This document shows, piece by piece, positions 24,501 through 37,224 of a DNA stretch of 64,000 bases; position 1 is the stretch's first letter; every line of letters starts with the position of its first letter. The translations under genes were made by a program, and so were the position numbers. Location: NCBI GenBank assembly GCA_004431415.1, contig QPMI01000596.1:61047-125046 (forward strand), in the 5' to 3' direction. The stretch comes from Cyanophora paradoxa CCMP329 (lineage: Eukaryota; Plantae; Glaucophyta). The notes beneath the pieces were generated by a model. It saw nothing but the letters and a program-made list of their open reading frames with translations, did no database searches and was not told the origin of the DNA.

Positions 24501-25759
24501 TCCCGGAGCCCCGCACCCACCGCTAGACGCTGGCGCCGCTGGGCGCTGGGCGCTGGCCGCCCGGCCATCGTCGGCGCGTGTCTAGATCACCGCCCCCCCC
24601 GCCGTCCGCCCCCGCCCGCCCCCGCATAGCTAGAGGCTGACGCCGCTTGGCGCTGCGCCCTGGGCGCGGGACGCCGAATCGGTTTATAGAACAAACCCAG
24701 AGGCGGTGTCCAGATCACCTCCCCCGCACCCGCCCTTTCCTCCTCTCCCTCCTCGCCGTCGCCGACGCGCTCGCCGGGGCGGCAGGGAGCTGCGGGCGGC
24801 GTGGCACGCCCCGGACCTGGTCTTCTTTAAAGTGAAGGTACCCCCCCTCTCCTCTGCCTCAACGCAAGTTGCCAGTCTTGATGTCGATGTCCAAGTGGTC
24901 TAGCTGTAGATCTAGCCAAGTGGTCTAGATCTAATTAACGGCGGACCCTCCTCGGCTTCATCGCGAGTCTCGATGTCCAAGTGGTCTAGCTAGCTGTAGA
25001 TCTAGCCACGTGGCCTGGACCCAAGTCTAGACGTCCAAGTGCTCCAAATCTAGATCGGTGAAACTAAGCGAGTACCGTCCAGCGCCGAGCGAATGGCGCC
25101 GCTGCTGAGTCTACGTCCGCTGACGTCCGTGCGTGCAGATGGAGCTGGCGGACCGGTCGTTCGCGGTGCGGGTGCGGCTGGGGCGGACGCGGGCGGCGGG
25201 GGCGGCCCCGGCCTCTGGCGTGCTCCGCATCTGCAACGCCCGCCCCTTCCCCGAGGCCGGTGCGCCCGCGCGCCCTCTCTTTTGCCCGCTTCTGGGTCCA
25301 AGGCGCCCTAGCCCGGTCTAGGAAAAGACGATTAAAAGCGACCGATCTAGCGCTTCTACATCATCTAGAGCCCAGCCGATCTTCTAGAGCCCAGCCGATC
25401 TTCTAGAGCCCAGCCGTCCTACCCGGACCGCGCTCTAGACGCCGCTCTCTCGCCCGCCCGCCCACCCACCCACCCGCCGCTCACCCCCCGCCCCCGCCCC
25501 GCCGCGCCTGACCTCCCACAGGGGCGTGCAATCTAGGCGCCCTATAGCTAGTCCGATCTAGTTAGCACAAGGCACCCTAGCCATAGCCAGCCCGATCCAG
25601 CAGCAAGACGACTAACAGCCGCGCCTCGCCCTCGGGCAGGGGCGTGCACGTGGGAGCACCGGTTCGCGGGGCACGAGGCGCGCTTCGTCGTCGAGCCGAC
25701 GGACCCCGCCTTCCGCCTCGGTCCGCAGTCTCCGAGCCTGTACCCCCGTCCCATAGCCT

Positions 25760-25793
<34 letters not shown>

Positions 25794-28700
25794 TGACCCC
25801 CGGGCGCGGGCGCAGGGTGGTTCTACATGAGCGTGGAGGGCCCCTCGGACCGCCCCGCCGAGGTCGCCATCGTCGCCTGGGCCAAGGTACGCGCCCCGCC
25901 CGAGAGGAAGGAGCAGAGAAGGCCCTAGCCCCGGCGCCTGTCCTAGACGTCTAAGCCCGTCCTAGCCAAGACTAGACTGGGTAGCTTTGACCTAGGTACC
26001 TAGACTAGCCAAGGCCCCCGCCCTTTGAGAGGAGCCTGTCCTAAGAGAGAGTGAGAGAGAGAGAGAGAGGAAGAGGAGAGAGCCGCCCCGGCGCCTGTCC
26101 TAGCCTGTCCTAGCCCAGCCTAGAGTCCTAGTCTAGCCTGTCCTAAACTAGAGTAGCGTAGTCCGGCCTAGGGCCAAGGTATGCGCGGGCGACCCGCCCC
26201 TCCGCCCCCGGCCTCCGCCCCCCCCCCCCCCCCCCCCCCCCGCCCCCCGCTCGCTCTAGGAGGTGCAGGAGAGCGAGCGGGATGCTCAGCGCGCTTCCTC
26301 TCGGCCCGGCGAGGGGCTCCGCTGATCACGAGACCGCTCGATCTAAGCCAGCTCAGCTCAGAGACGCCAGCTCGATGCTCAGATGCTCAGGTTTTGAGGG
26401 GCTCCGCTGATCGCGGGGGGCGGGGCGGGGTACGCAGGCGCGGGACGTTCGCGGCGAGCGCGCCGTCCGCGTCTCCCTCTCCAAGGTCCTCGCGTACCCC
26501 CCTATCCCTCGGATCAGATCTGATCTGATCTGATCTGATCTCATCTGATCTGATCTGATCTGATCTGATCCGAGCGCAGGCGATCGCGCGGGGCATGTGG
26601 AGCGAGGCGACGGCCTTCGCCGCCCACAACCGCCAGCAGGTCCGGCCCCCTCTACCCCCGCCCCTTCTCTCCCCCCCTCCCCCGCTCCGCCCGCCTTGTA
26701 CGGGGTCCGAGCTCTCCCCCTCCCTTTCTCCCCCCCCGCAACCCCCCCCCTCCTAGAATACAAGACCCCCCGGCTATCTAGAATACTAGAGCCCGGATAC
26801 TAGTTTCCGTCTCGCGTCCTATCCGTTCCTCAACCTCCCCCCTTCCCTCCTTCTTCCCTCCTTCTTCCCTCCTTCTGATCGGGAGGGGGGCGGCGCGCGC
26901 GCAGACGCGGGCACGGGTGCGCGAGGGGCCGCCCTCCCCCGAGCCCGAGGAGCCCGCCACCGAGGTGCCGTACCCCGCCTCCTTCTCCTCCTCCTCCTCC
27001 TCACCCATCCACCCCCTCTTCCCGAGGCGGCCAATTTGGGGCCTCAGCTCCCTTCGTCTTAGAAAACGTTACTCAGCTGAGCTTAGTCGAGCTTTGTTCG
27101 GCCGGAAGAATATAGGCGAGGGAATTAGGTCCCTCGCGGGTGTGCCGGAGGCGCTAGGCGCCTCCCTCAGCTCGGCTACCCCTCCGCGCGCCCCCTCCTC
27201 ACTCCCCTCCTCTTCCCTACTCCCCCCCCCTACTCTTCCGCTCCCCCTTCCCACCCCACCCTCCACCCCCTCCTCACTCCCCCCCTCTTCAGACGGACCG
27301 CGAGCTGGACTACTCGTCGGCGGCCGAGTGGACCGTCGCCGGCGCCGCCCCGGCCCCGCTCCTCGTGCGCCCCGCGCCCCCGTCCGCATCATAAGCATCA
27401 TAGCATCCTAGCATCCTAAAGCCAAGGATGTCTAGCGTCATGAATCCTCCAGCCTCTCTAGCATCCTCCTAAAGCGCGGACCCCGCCTCCAGTTATAGTG
27501 TGCGCTAGCGCTCCGTCCGCCCCAGCTACAGTGCGCTCCGCCGCGCCGCTGACCTTGCGCTCCCTCCCCCCCTCCCTCCCGCCCCCTCCCTTCTCGCGCA
27601 GGCGGCGCCGGCGGTGCGGCTGCAGCCGCCGACGCCGCCCGACTCCTCCGCCGACGAGGCCCGCGCCGCCGCCAAGGTGCCATGCGACGCGAATAGGGAA
27701 GCGATTCTATAAGAAATAGCTAGATTAGATGCCGAAAAATCTAGAGCCGAATAGGTTAAGAGTAGGTTATCTAGAGCCGAATAGGCTAGAGCCGGCCTTT
27801 TAGCGAAGCGAGTAGGGATCCAGTCTGGGAGAGCGGCGCGAAAGGATCAGATTCACTTGGAGAGATTTACATGCCGGAGATTCGGGCGCCCGCCTCCCCC
27901 CCCCCCCCCCCCCCCCCCCCCCGCGGATGACGCTGACGCGCCTCCCTCCCCCTCCCCCGCAGCGGGAGTCGGCGGTGGCGGCGGCGGCGGTGGCGGCGGC
28001 GAGCCGGGAGATGGGCGCCTTGGGCTACGTCCCCTCCTCCTCCGCAGCCCGCCGCCTCCTCCCACGCTCCAGGTCCGCCCGCCCCGCCCCGCCCCGCCCT
28101 GATGGTTCTTCCCAATAGCTATAGCTAGAAGCCCGACGTCTTGGGAGCCAGCCGGCGCCCTTCCTAAAACACACAAAGAGCCTATAGCCTTGCTTCTTCC
28201 TTGGCCTATAGCTAGAAGCCGCCGCGCCCTCTCTCTATAGCTAGAAGCCGCCGCGCCTGGCCTATAGCTCCAGTCCGATCCATGCTTCTTCCTTAGCCCA
28301 TCTATGTAGCTAGAAGCCGCCGCCCCCTCTCTCAACCCTTCGTTCGCAGCACGTTCACGTCGGGGATAAGCACGCCGCGGAGCGCGAACACGCTGGCGCC
28401 CCCGACGCCCCTCGGGGCCATGACCCCCAAGTGAGCGGCCGGCCCCTCCCCTCCCCTCCCCTCCCCTCTCCTCTCTTCGCTTTGCTTTGCTTCGCTTTGC
28501 TCTGCTGATCGCTCGCTCGCGCCCAGCGTGGCGATGCCGTCTTCGTCCTCGTCGTCTTCGATGAGCTTGAACATGAGCCCGGTACCTATATTTAGCTACA
28601 ATGCTTGATCGAAACGCTAACGTTGTTTTAAACGAGACGCATGCATGCAAATGATAATGATATCGCTTCGTTCGCTCGCAGGGGCGGCCCCAGTCCCTCT

Positions 28701-29175
28701 CGGCGGCGCTCGCCAGCGCCCTCGCGCCCATAGCGGAGGCGATGGCCGAGCAGCCTCCAGCGCCGGCGCCGGCGGGGCAGGCGAGGCCGCCCTCGGCCCC
28801 GCCGGCAGCAGCAGCAGCGGTGGCAGCCGCCGCGCCGTCCTCCTCCTCCTCCGAGACACTGGCGCCGGCGCCGGCGCCCGCGCCGGCGCCCGCCGCGGCG
28901 ACGCCCCGCAGGGGTATGGCGCTCCTTCCCCGGAGCTCCACCTTCGCCGGGTACGTCATTCATTTCGTGCTCTAGACCTGTTCATAGCTAGAGCGACCCG
29001 CCCGCCCGCCCGCCCCCCCGCCCCTCAGAACTCAACCGGCTTTCGCCGCAGGCGCTCGAACGCTTCCGCTGCGGCAGCGGCGGCGGCCGCCGCCGCCGCC
29101 GCGCCGCCGCCCTCCGACGGCGCCGCGGCCGGCGAGGGCGAGCTGAAGGCGTCCGACTTCCTCAAGGTATTTTGA
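21547..29175 (+). CDS. Large multi-exon protein with a Pro-rich N-terminus and two PPC-like beta-sandwich repeats
   Basis: Exons read GSVRPSEYLHYRFDTPEHASRLVIYLKAVEGDP-DLYGSFLYHEPN...GDDYMVIDDSDPEF..PLFIAVHG. A second unit reads ...CTWEHRFAGHEARFVVEPTDPAFRLGWFYMSVEG. Ends uncertain. Confidence 0.5.
25364..25416 (+). repeat. 19-bp tandem repeat x~3 (TCTAGAGCCCAGCCGATCT), intronic
   Basis: Directly visible. Confidence 0.8.
26514..26570 (+). repeat. (GATCT)n microsatellite, intronic; also near 16390-16420 and 37238-37268
   Basis: Directly visible. Confidence 0.85.
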
Positions 29176-30614
29176 GCTCAATTAAGCTAAGGCCTTACAA
29201 GAAATTAAACCGCGCTCCTTAAGCTCTCAATCGTTGCATCCCGCCTTTTCTGGTTTGGCCTGACGCTGTGTGCCCCCGGGCAGCCCCGCAACATATTCTC
29301 GGCGCGGGGCGGGCCCCGCACCCCGCGGGCCGGGGCGAATTCGAGCTGGCAGGACGGCGCCTCGAGCTCCGGCCTGAATTCCGCGGGCGGCCCGCGGCCC
29401 GTCTCCCCAGCCGCATCGATTTCGGTGTCGTTCGCCGCTCAGATGTAAAGTAAGGCTCAGGCTAGGTGGCTGTAGGCCTTGGGCCTGTAGCTATAGATGT
29501 GAATTTGATCCGTATATACGTATGTGTCATCTCGTATGTATGCACAGCTCGCTTTCCATTCATTTCACGGAGTGTCGCAGCTCTAGCTATAGCTAGCTAT
29601 AGTTGCAATTGCCTTTCTATCCTCGTTTCGTTTGCTCGTGACATCGATTGCAATTCACAAAAATGCTCTTCTTCTCGAAGTAGCTATAGTCTCGTGATCA
29701 TATAGTCTCATGATCAGAGTTTCTGAAGCTTAAAGCTTGGCGTGATGTATTTTAGATCGCAATTTGAAACAATTTGATCGCAAAAAGACCGTGGCCGAGA
29801 CGTCGACGTCGACTTGCGCATGCACGCGCGCGCGCGTACCAAGTGGCAAGCGCTGAGAGCGCTGCAGCTGAATCGCCTCGCGCCGCGCTGCGCATGCGAT
29901 CTAGCGAACGTCGACGTCGTCGACCAGCGCTAGCGCTAGCGAGTGCTGCCAGAACGAAGGATCGTGTACCCCCAACTGACCAAGACACAGCCGCGCAAGC
30001 TTAAGTTCGGCCTCCGGCGAACAGCTTAGCTCCTCATTACTACGCAAAACTCGCTTCCTAGCAGAACCCAAGCTGTAGCCTGAGCGTGGGCCGGTCGGCG
30101 ACGATGCCTTACGTGAAGTGGGACACAGCGTCTCAGGACGGCAGGCTAACGTCGCCGCACGACCTGGACTACGTGCGCCCGGGCCTCCCGCCGCGCCTGC
30201 GGCCGCGGGCGCCCGCCGCCAGCCGCTGAGCCGCCAGCTTGGCAACCTGCGATGACCCCATCCACAGGTCACGGATGGACCGAACGGCCTTCCGCTCAGG
30301 CCCAACGCGAAATGTGCGATGCGGTCGCCTCGCTCTGCCGCTCTCTGGCGCGTGCTGACCGGGCGCCGCCCCCGGCGCGCGCCCGGCCCGCAGCGATCGA
30401 CATGGGCAACTGCGACCCACAGGATCGGGCGCCGAACGGTCTGCCTCTGGACACGCCCGTTGCGGTGCGTCTCCGCGCCGCCCGGCAGCCCCGCTGCGCC
30501 AGCTAGACCCGTCGGCGCCGGCCGGGCGAGCGCGCAACCCGCGGTCCGCGGCGGCCACGTGCAAAGCCAACGACTCCGCTTCCGCCTCCCGCGCAGATCG
30601 TCTCTCCGGTCCGC

Positions 30615-31398
30615 ATGGCCGATGAGAACGGCGAGAAGCAGCCAGTCTTTCTGTACACAAAGCCCGGCTGGAGTAGCTGGTGGGTCGGCACCCCCTCCAT
30701 GGCCAGCCAGTTCCCGGAGGCCAAAGTGCTCTTCTCCTACGCCAAGGTACCCCCCTTCGAGGCCCCCTCCCGCCCGGCGTCCGTACCCCTCGAGCTCCCC
30801 TCTCGGCTTCTCACGCGTACCCCCAACCTGCAGAAAACATACATGTGCTGCCCCAACGGCTCGCGCTTCGCGATTGACGGCGCCGACGGGCTAAAGTCCG
30901 GCTGCTACCAGGTAGCCGCACCCGTACCCCCCCCCCGCCCTACCGCCGCCGCCCGATTCGCGTAACCCCCCACCTCAGGGCGAGCTCCCGCTGGCAACGG
31001 AGTACCCCGAGGGCCCCACGTGGCTCGCGGAGGGCCGGCTGAAGAGCACGGCCGACGTCAAGCTCCCCGAGACCGCGGCGGTACCCCTCCCTGGCTTCAC
31101 TCCCCACCCGCTCGTGCTGATGCCGTACCCCCCAGGAGCAGCTGGACGCGTACCAATACACCGTCGACGAGTCGCAGCTCGCAGACGCGAACGCGGTGCG
31201 CCGGACCCGGGTTCGAATCGCGACGGGGCTGTTCGAGCGGATCGAGGGGTACGCTCGCAGGTCGACGCGGACGCGGCGGCCGCGGACGTCGACGGCAGCG
31301 CCGACGCGTTCGGGGCGGAGGGGTACATGCACAGCGATTCGGTCGAACCCGACGGGGCGGCGGCGTACCCCCCCGGGGCCGGGCATGACCTCCTGTAG
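30615..31398 (+). CDS. Hypothetical protein, multi-exon
   Basis: MADENGEKQPVFLYTKPGWSSWWVGTPSMASQFPEAKVLFSYAK / KTYMCCPNGSRFAIDGADGLKSGCYQ / GELPLATEYPEGPTW... joined by short GT-AG introns of host style. Confidence 0.55.
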
Positions 31399-31807
31399 CT
31401 ATAGGGCGCGGGGGCCCTGCACCCTCATCGATATCCCTGCTCTGCCCCTCCCCTGCCCTTGCCCTTCCGGATCCCCCGCCCTTCCAGCTCTAGGCCTAGG
31501 CTAGTAGACATCTCGCGCGCGCGGCTCTTCCCACCATCTTCCCTAACGTGCCCCCTTCGACCTATAGCTATAGCTACCCCTGTCCATCCAATTAATATTA
31601 GCCCTGCCAATTTCGGGCGAAGCCTCTTCCGTAGGTCGATGGTGAACGTTTCCATCTATTTTTTTTCCACTCGAGTCCGATTGGTCCGAGCGTCCAGATT
31701 CGCAACCTCCGCAATGAAGGCGAACGGTCTCCGACGTCACACAGTAGAACTTTCGGGCGGCCAACCTTCACTGATTTATTTTCGGACTCGAAGCTCCCCT
31801 AAATCGT

Positions 31808-33992
31808 GTCGCGCGAAAATCGAATTTCCCTCCAGGATCAATTCCGGTATTTATACCCCGGCTCGATCGCGAAATCCCAAAAAGTGGGACCCGGTCCCGC
31901 GACGAAAGCGAGCCAGGGACGCGCCAGAGCGGTCAGAATGACAGCCAAGAGCGCGCGCATCGCGGCAAGCTCGATTTCGGCCGCCGCCGACGCTCCAGTC
32001 CAGAGAGTCGGCCGAAATTTCGATCCTGCCGGTTCCGGCCGGTCCCACGACGCGCGCAATCGATGCGTACTGGCGCGCATACACATAGCAGGGCCTGCGC
32101 ACTCCAGATATCCGCTTTTCGGAGCCGGAATATCGCAGGAAGGTGCCCGACAGCAAAAAAAAAAATCGATCCTGCACAGCCTCGGGCAACTTTCCGCGCG
32201 CCCACGCCGCGGCGCATGCGCAGAGCTATAGTATAAGCATTTGAGATATAGAAGAAGACTTCCGCACGGTCTCTAAATGCGCCGGGCCGCGAGGACCCAG
32301 CCGACCCCGAAAATTCGATCCTGGACGGACCTGTGCATCTTTCCGCGCGCCATCGCATCCTCACCCATGCCCATCGCTACAGTATTCATTTCAGATCTAA
32401 ACGAAGCCTTGCGCGACCTCTGTGGCCGCGAAAGAGCACGAGAACCCAGCCGACACGAAATTTTCGATCCTGGACAGGCCTGCACATATTTCCGCGCGCC
32501 CTCGCCTCCGTAGCCCTGGACATCGATCCTGTATGCATCTGAGAATCTGTTTAAGCGATTCGCACGCTCTGCGCATGCGCCTGGCAGCGAGAACCTCGCC
32601 GAGTCGCGTCTTCTAATGATCAACACTCTTCCCTCAATTTCCTCAGGGCCGGGCCTCGAGCTCAACTACAGCTAGCTGATTGGCAGCACCACTCCTCCCC
32701 TCATTATATTCTCTCTCAGCTGAACCAATTCCCCTAATTACATAATTATATTCTCTTAGGACAGCGCCTCTCAGGACAACTCCTCCCATAATTTTCCCTC
32801 TCCCTGCCCCGCCGACCCAGCAACAGCCGCAACGGGCTGCGATGAAAAAGGGGGGCGCGAGGTGGGCCGCTGAGGCTTCGCCCGATGTTTGGGACCCGCA
32901 GGGGCCCAGGGCTTGTCGGAAATCCGGGTCGGCGAACGAAATTCCTGTTCTCTCTATATAATGTCCGTACCCCGTGTTCATCGTGGATCAATTCACGCAC
33001 ACACCTCGACAGTGACGTCACGCAATTCTCCATCGAGTTCTCTCATGGATCAAATCTCAGACTTGTATGCCGACATGTCCGGACGTCTCGCGGAATTCCG
33101 ATCGTGGCTTCTCGAGGGAGACCGCTCTCCCATGGCCGTCGCGCGAATATCGAATTTCGGCTCTCCCGTGGGCGTCACGCGAAAATCGAATTTCTCTCGT
33201 GAACTAATCCCGGTATTTATACCCCGGTTCGATTGCGAAACTCCAAAAAGTGGGACCCGGTCCCGCCCGGTCCCGCGACGAAAGCGCGCCAGGAACGCCC
33301 CAGAGCGGTACAGAATGAGAGCCGAGGGCGCGCGCACCGCTGCAAGCTCGATTTCGGGCGCCGCCGACACTGCCGTGCGAAGAGTCGGCAGAAACTTTGA
33401 CCCAGCCGGTCCCGCCCGGTCCCGCGACGCACGCAATCGATGCGTACTCACGCGCATAGACATAGCACGGCCTGCGCACTCCAGCGATCCGCTTTTCGGA
33501 GCCGGAACAGTGCAGGAAGGCACCCGGCGGCGAAAATTCGATCCTGCACAGGCCCGGACATCTTTCCGCGCGCCCACGCCGCGGCGCATGCGCGGAACAA
33601 TAGTATAAGCATTTGAGATGTAGACAAATCCTTCCGCGCGCTTTGCAGATGCGCCGGGCCGCGAGGACCCAGCCGACCCCAAGAATTCGATCCTTGACAA
33701 ACCTGCCCATCTTTCCGCGCGCCCTCGCATCCTCACGCATGCCCATCCGTACAGTACTAGTATTCATTTGAGAGCTTTTCCAAGCTTTGCGCAAGCTCTC
33801 TGGGGGCGAAAGAGCACAAGAACCCAGCCGACGCCAAACTTGAAATTTTCGATCCTGCACACTGTGACAGGCCTGCACATATTTCCGTGCGCCCTCGCCT
33901 CCCCAGCCCTCCACATTGATAGTATATGCATTCTAAGAGATTCGCAAGCTCTAGGCATGTGCATGCGCCTGGCCCGGCCGCGGGAACCTCGC
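31808..33992 (+). repeat. Two diverged ~800-bp direct repeats (31808-32599 and 33174-33992), each built from ~149-bp sub-repeats
   Basis: Colinear similarity, e.g. CCGGTATTTATACCCCGG, AAAAGTGGGACCCGGTCCCGC, CGCAATCGATGCGTACT and AGTATAAGCATTTGAGAT occur in both copies. Confidence 0.85.
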
Positions 33993-34034
33993 TCCTCCCC
34001 TTCATGATGAGGAGCTCGAGCGCTAGCTCGAGGC

Positions 34035-34098
34035 CTAGGTGAGACCTAGGGGGGAAATATATATATATATATAAATTTCCCCCCTAGATCTCACCTAG
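34035..34098. repeat. 24-bp inverted repeat around an (AT)n core
   Basis: CTAGGTGAGACCTAGGGGGGAAAT-(AT)n-ATTTCCCCCCTAGATCTCACCTAG, one mismatch. Confidence 0.85.
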
Positions 34099-34373
34099 AG
34101 CTCGAGCTCCACCGAACAATATATATATTCCCCCCTAGATATCACCTCGAGCTCGAGCTCCACCGACCAATATATGGCGGCGATGAATATTAATAAGGTG
34201 GCCCAGTGGCGGCGGGCCCGGGGGGGGGGGGCTTCGAAAAAGCCCAACCTTTTGGACACGCAAGCTTAAGGGCCCACGGCTTATATAATTATTCAGTTAG
34301 GCCCGGCTCGGCGGTGTACATGTATACGTACATGTAGAGGCGTGGCGAGGGGCTGCGAGGGCCTGGGGCGGAA

Positions 34374-35050
34374 GCGCGCGGGGCAGCCGCCGGGCGCCGG
34401 CGCCGTGACTCGCCGGGTGGGGCGCAGCCTCGGAGCACGGCGGCCTGGCGGCATGACTTGGTGGACGGGCGGGGGCTCGCCGGGCGGAGCGGAGGCGCGC
34501 GGGGCAGCCGCCGGGCGCCGGCGCCGTGACTCGCCGGGTGGGGCGCAGCCTCGGAGCACGGCGGCCTGGCGGCATGACTTGGTGGACGGGGCGGGGGCTC
34601 GCCGGGCGGAGCGGAGGCGCGCGGGGCAGCCGCCGGGCGCCGGCGCCGTGACTCGCCGGGTGGGGCGCAGCCTCGGAGCGCGGCGGCCTGGCGGCATGAC
34701 TTGGTGGACGGGGCGGGGGCTCGCCGGGCGGAGCGGAGGCGCGCGGGGCAGCCGCCGGGCGCCGGCGCCGTGACTCGCCGGGTGGGGCGCAGCCTCGGAG
34801 CACGGCGGCCTGGCGGCATGACTTGGTGGACGGGCGGGGCTCACCGGGCGGAGCGGAGGCGCGCGGGCAGCCGCCGGGCGCCGGCGCCGTGACTCGCCGG
34901 GTGGGGCGCAGCCTCGGAGCGCGGCGGCCTGGCGGCATGACTTGGTGGACGGGGCGGGGGCTCGCCGGGCGGAGCAGAGGCGCGCGGGCAGCCGCCGGGC
35001 GCCGTGGCTCGCCGGGTGGCCATGGGGCGCAGCCTCGGAGCGCGGTGCCG
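34374..35050 (+). repeat. GC-rich minisatellite, ~122-bp unit, 5 copies plus a degenerate sixth
   Basis: Unit GCGCGCGGGGCAGCCGCCGGGCGCCGGCGCCGTGACTCGCCGGGTGGGGCGCAGCCTCGGAGC...GCATGACTTGGTGGACGGG repeated. Confidence 0.92.
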
Positions 35051-36497
35051 GCGGCCTGGCGGCGTGCCACGGTGGCTCAGCGGCTTGGTGGACGGAGCCG
35101 AGGCCCCACAGGCGGCGGCGAGGCTCTCACTGAGTCAGGGAGGGCCCGGGGCAGAGGCATGCAGAGTGGCGCCGGCAGCTCGCGGGGGGGCTCAGCCATG
35201 GCAGCTCGCGGGGGGGCTCAGCCATATACATGGCCATGGCACGGAGGCGGCGGATCCGGAGCAGCGTGCAGCCTACGGTGCAGGGCCAGGTCTACGCCTA
35301 CCGAGCGCTGCAGCTGCCCGCTAAGCCTCATTGACGCTAAGACAGACAGGGAGGCTGAGGGAGCAGGCATGCATTGGCAGGGCTTACCACACGTGAGTGT
35401 GGGCTTGTTGCAAGTGCCCAATGGAATTTTAAAAAATTGCAATTGAATTCATGATCAATCTGCTTGCTGTGATCTGCTCTTGCAAATTGAGCTCCCTCCG
35501 TTCACTCGACTTGGCGAGCTCCCTGAGTCTCCCTCCCATGGCCACTCCCCACTAGTACTGCTGGGCCCGCACTGCGGCAGTGCACACTGTGACATCCTTT
35601 TTAAATTTTATGCATACATATGCACTCTCTTTGAGCTTTTAATTTGATCCGAGAAATTCAGATCAAGAACCGGGCTGCAGCTGCTGGCCGCCGGGCGCGA
35701 ACGTGTTAACTTTAGTAACAGGCCGCCGGGCGGACCAGTACGTATACACGTACCTGGCCGGGCGTGAATCCGGGCCGGCCGCTCGTATACACGTACCGCT
35801 CGCGCGCGGACAGGCGCCGGCCCGGCCCGGGCCGGGCGGCCGGCGCGCGCGCGCGGGGCGCCGGCGCGAAATTTAATGAATTCGAAATTGATTAAAATTT
35901 CGGGGGGGGGTACGAGTACGTACGCTGGACCCCCGTACCACCCGTCCCACCCGTACCATATGTACCACCCCACTCCCCTGCATCCACCGATGCCCCCGCC
36001 TCACCGAAGGACGGGCCCGTACTTTCTGCCGGGTACGGGCGCGGGTCTTCGCCAGCTGGTTGGATCCAGACAGCGCACATCGCAGGCAACGCACGCAGCT
36101 GCAGACATCGCAGGCAGCCTGGCGGCGGCACTGCAGCCTTTCGCTATCATCTCTCTTCCCAGCCGCATCGATCCCGCCGGCCTCGCGCGCGCCGCACCTG
36201 GCGGCTGGAGCTGGGATGGAAACGAGATCCCTGGAGCTGCCGATCGGTCCGCGAATGGCAGCGAAGGGAGAACGCGGCATCGCTGACCTTGGGCCTTGAA
36301 CGCGCAGACTTGTACGCGCGGCTCGAGGAGTATGCGGAAAGGAGTCGGAATACACTCGCCGGCGTCGTCGCGTTGCTGTTGAGCACCGCCCCGGAGCCCG
36401 CTCTCCCGGTCGAGCAGTGCACGCAGCTTCGGATTCCCGTGCGTGCCCGCCCGCCCGCACGTGCATTCCCAGCGTGATTGGCGCTTCGCATCCGCAG

Positions 36498-37224
36498 ATG
36501 GCCATTGAGCACGACGGGGCGCGGAAGCGAGCGCGGTCCGACGTCGGGAGCGCGATCGAGAGCGAGCTGATGGAGGACGAGCCAGCAGCTGCAGCTGCAG
36601 CGCGTTCATCCGCTCCTGAGCGTCTCGGCGAAGCTACGGCGCCGGCGGCCGCGCCACCGGCCGAGCCTGCCTCGTCCTTCGCCGTGCGCGTCAAGCTTGA
36701 GCCGCCGGCGGATCCTCCCGCACCCGCTCGCGAGCCGCCCTCGAGCGTCGAGCTCGAGGGCGCCGTACGCGTGCCTCAGCCGCCGGCGGGTCCGCCCGCG
36801 CTCGGGCCCGCGCCCGGGCCCGCGCCCGCACCCGATCCGAACGAGAGCATCGCGGGAGCCTTTCTCGTAGACACCCTCCGCGGTCCGCGCTGGAATGTCG
36901 CCATGTTCAGGGACGGAAAGCGGCGCAGCTACGTCGTGGAGCTCCCGTACCCGGGCTGCAAGCAGGTCCCAGCCCGAAGCGAGCTCAAGTTCTACGCCGT
37001 CCAGCGCGGCATCGAGCCCGGCATCTACCCTCGCTGGTTCGCCGCCTTTCTGCTCGTCTCAGTCTCTTTTGGATCTATCTAATTATACGCACGCTCACTG
37101 CAGGGGCAGATCCTTTAACTACGCGGACCGCCCGTCGGCGCTCGCACAGGTCTGGCGCGTTCCGGGCTTCAAGGGCACCAACGCCCAGAAGTTCTTCACG
37201 ATCGACCAGGCTATGGACTTCATG
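36498..37224 (+). CDS. Protein with an RNase H1 N-terminal hybrid-binding (Cauli_VI-like) domain; 3' end uncertain, possibly a last exon ending at ~38032
   Basis: KFYAVQRGIEPGIYPRW-[intron]-GRSFNYADRPSALAQVWRVPGFKGTNAQKFFTIDQAMDFM fits the FYAVxxGxxPGIYxxW...V.GF.G...KKF.T.EEA..F pattern. Confidence 0.7.

Noticed and set aside
32950-34000. Helitron call for the 800-bp repeats (TCTCTATATA start)
   Set aside because: No matching 5' end in the other copy and no clear 3' hairpin-CTRR terminus.
34289-35446. Repeat-protein ORFs over the minisatellite
   Set aside because: The ~122-bp unit is not a constant multiple of three, and frames stay open only because of extreme GC.
34205-35575. hAT-like element starting CAGTGGCGG around the minisatellite
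   Set aside because: The candidate right end (GGGCCCGCACTG) is only a partial inverted match and there is no 8-bp TSD.
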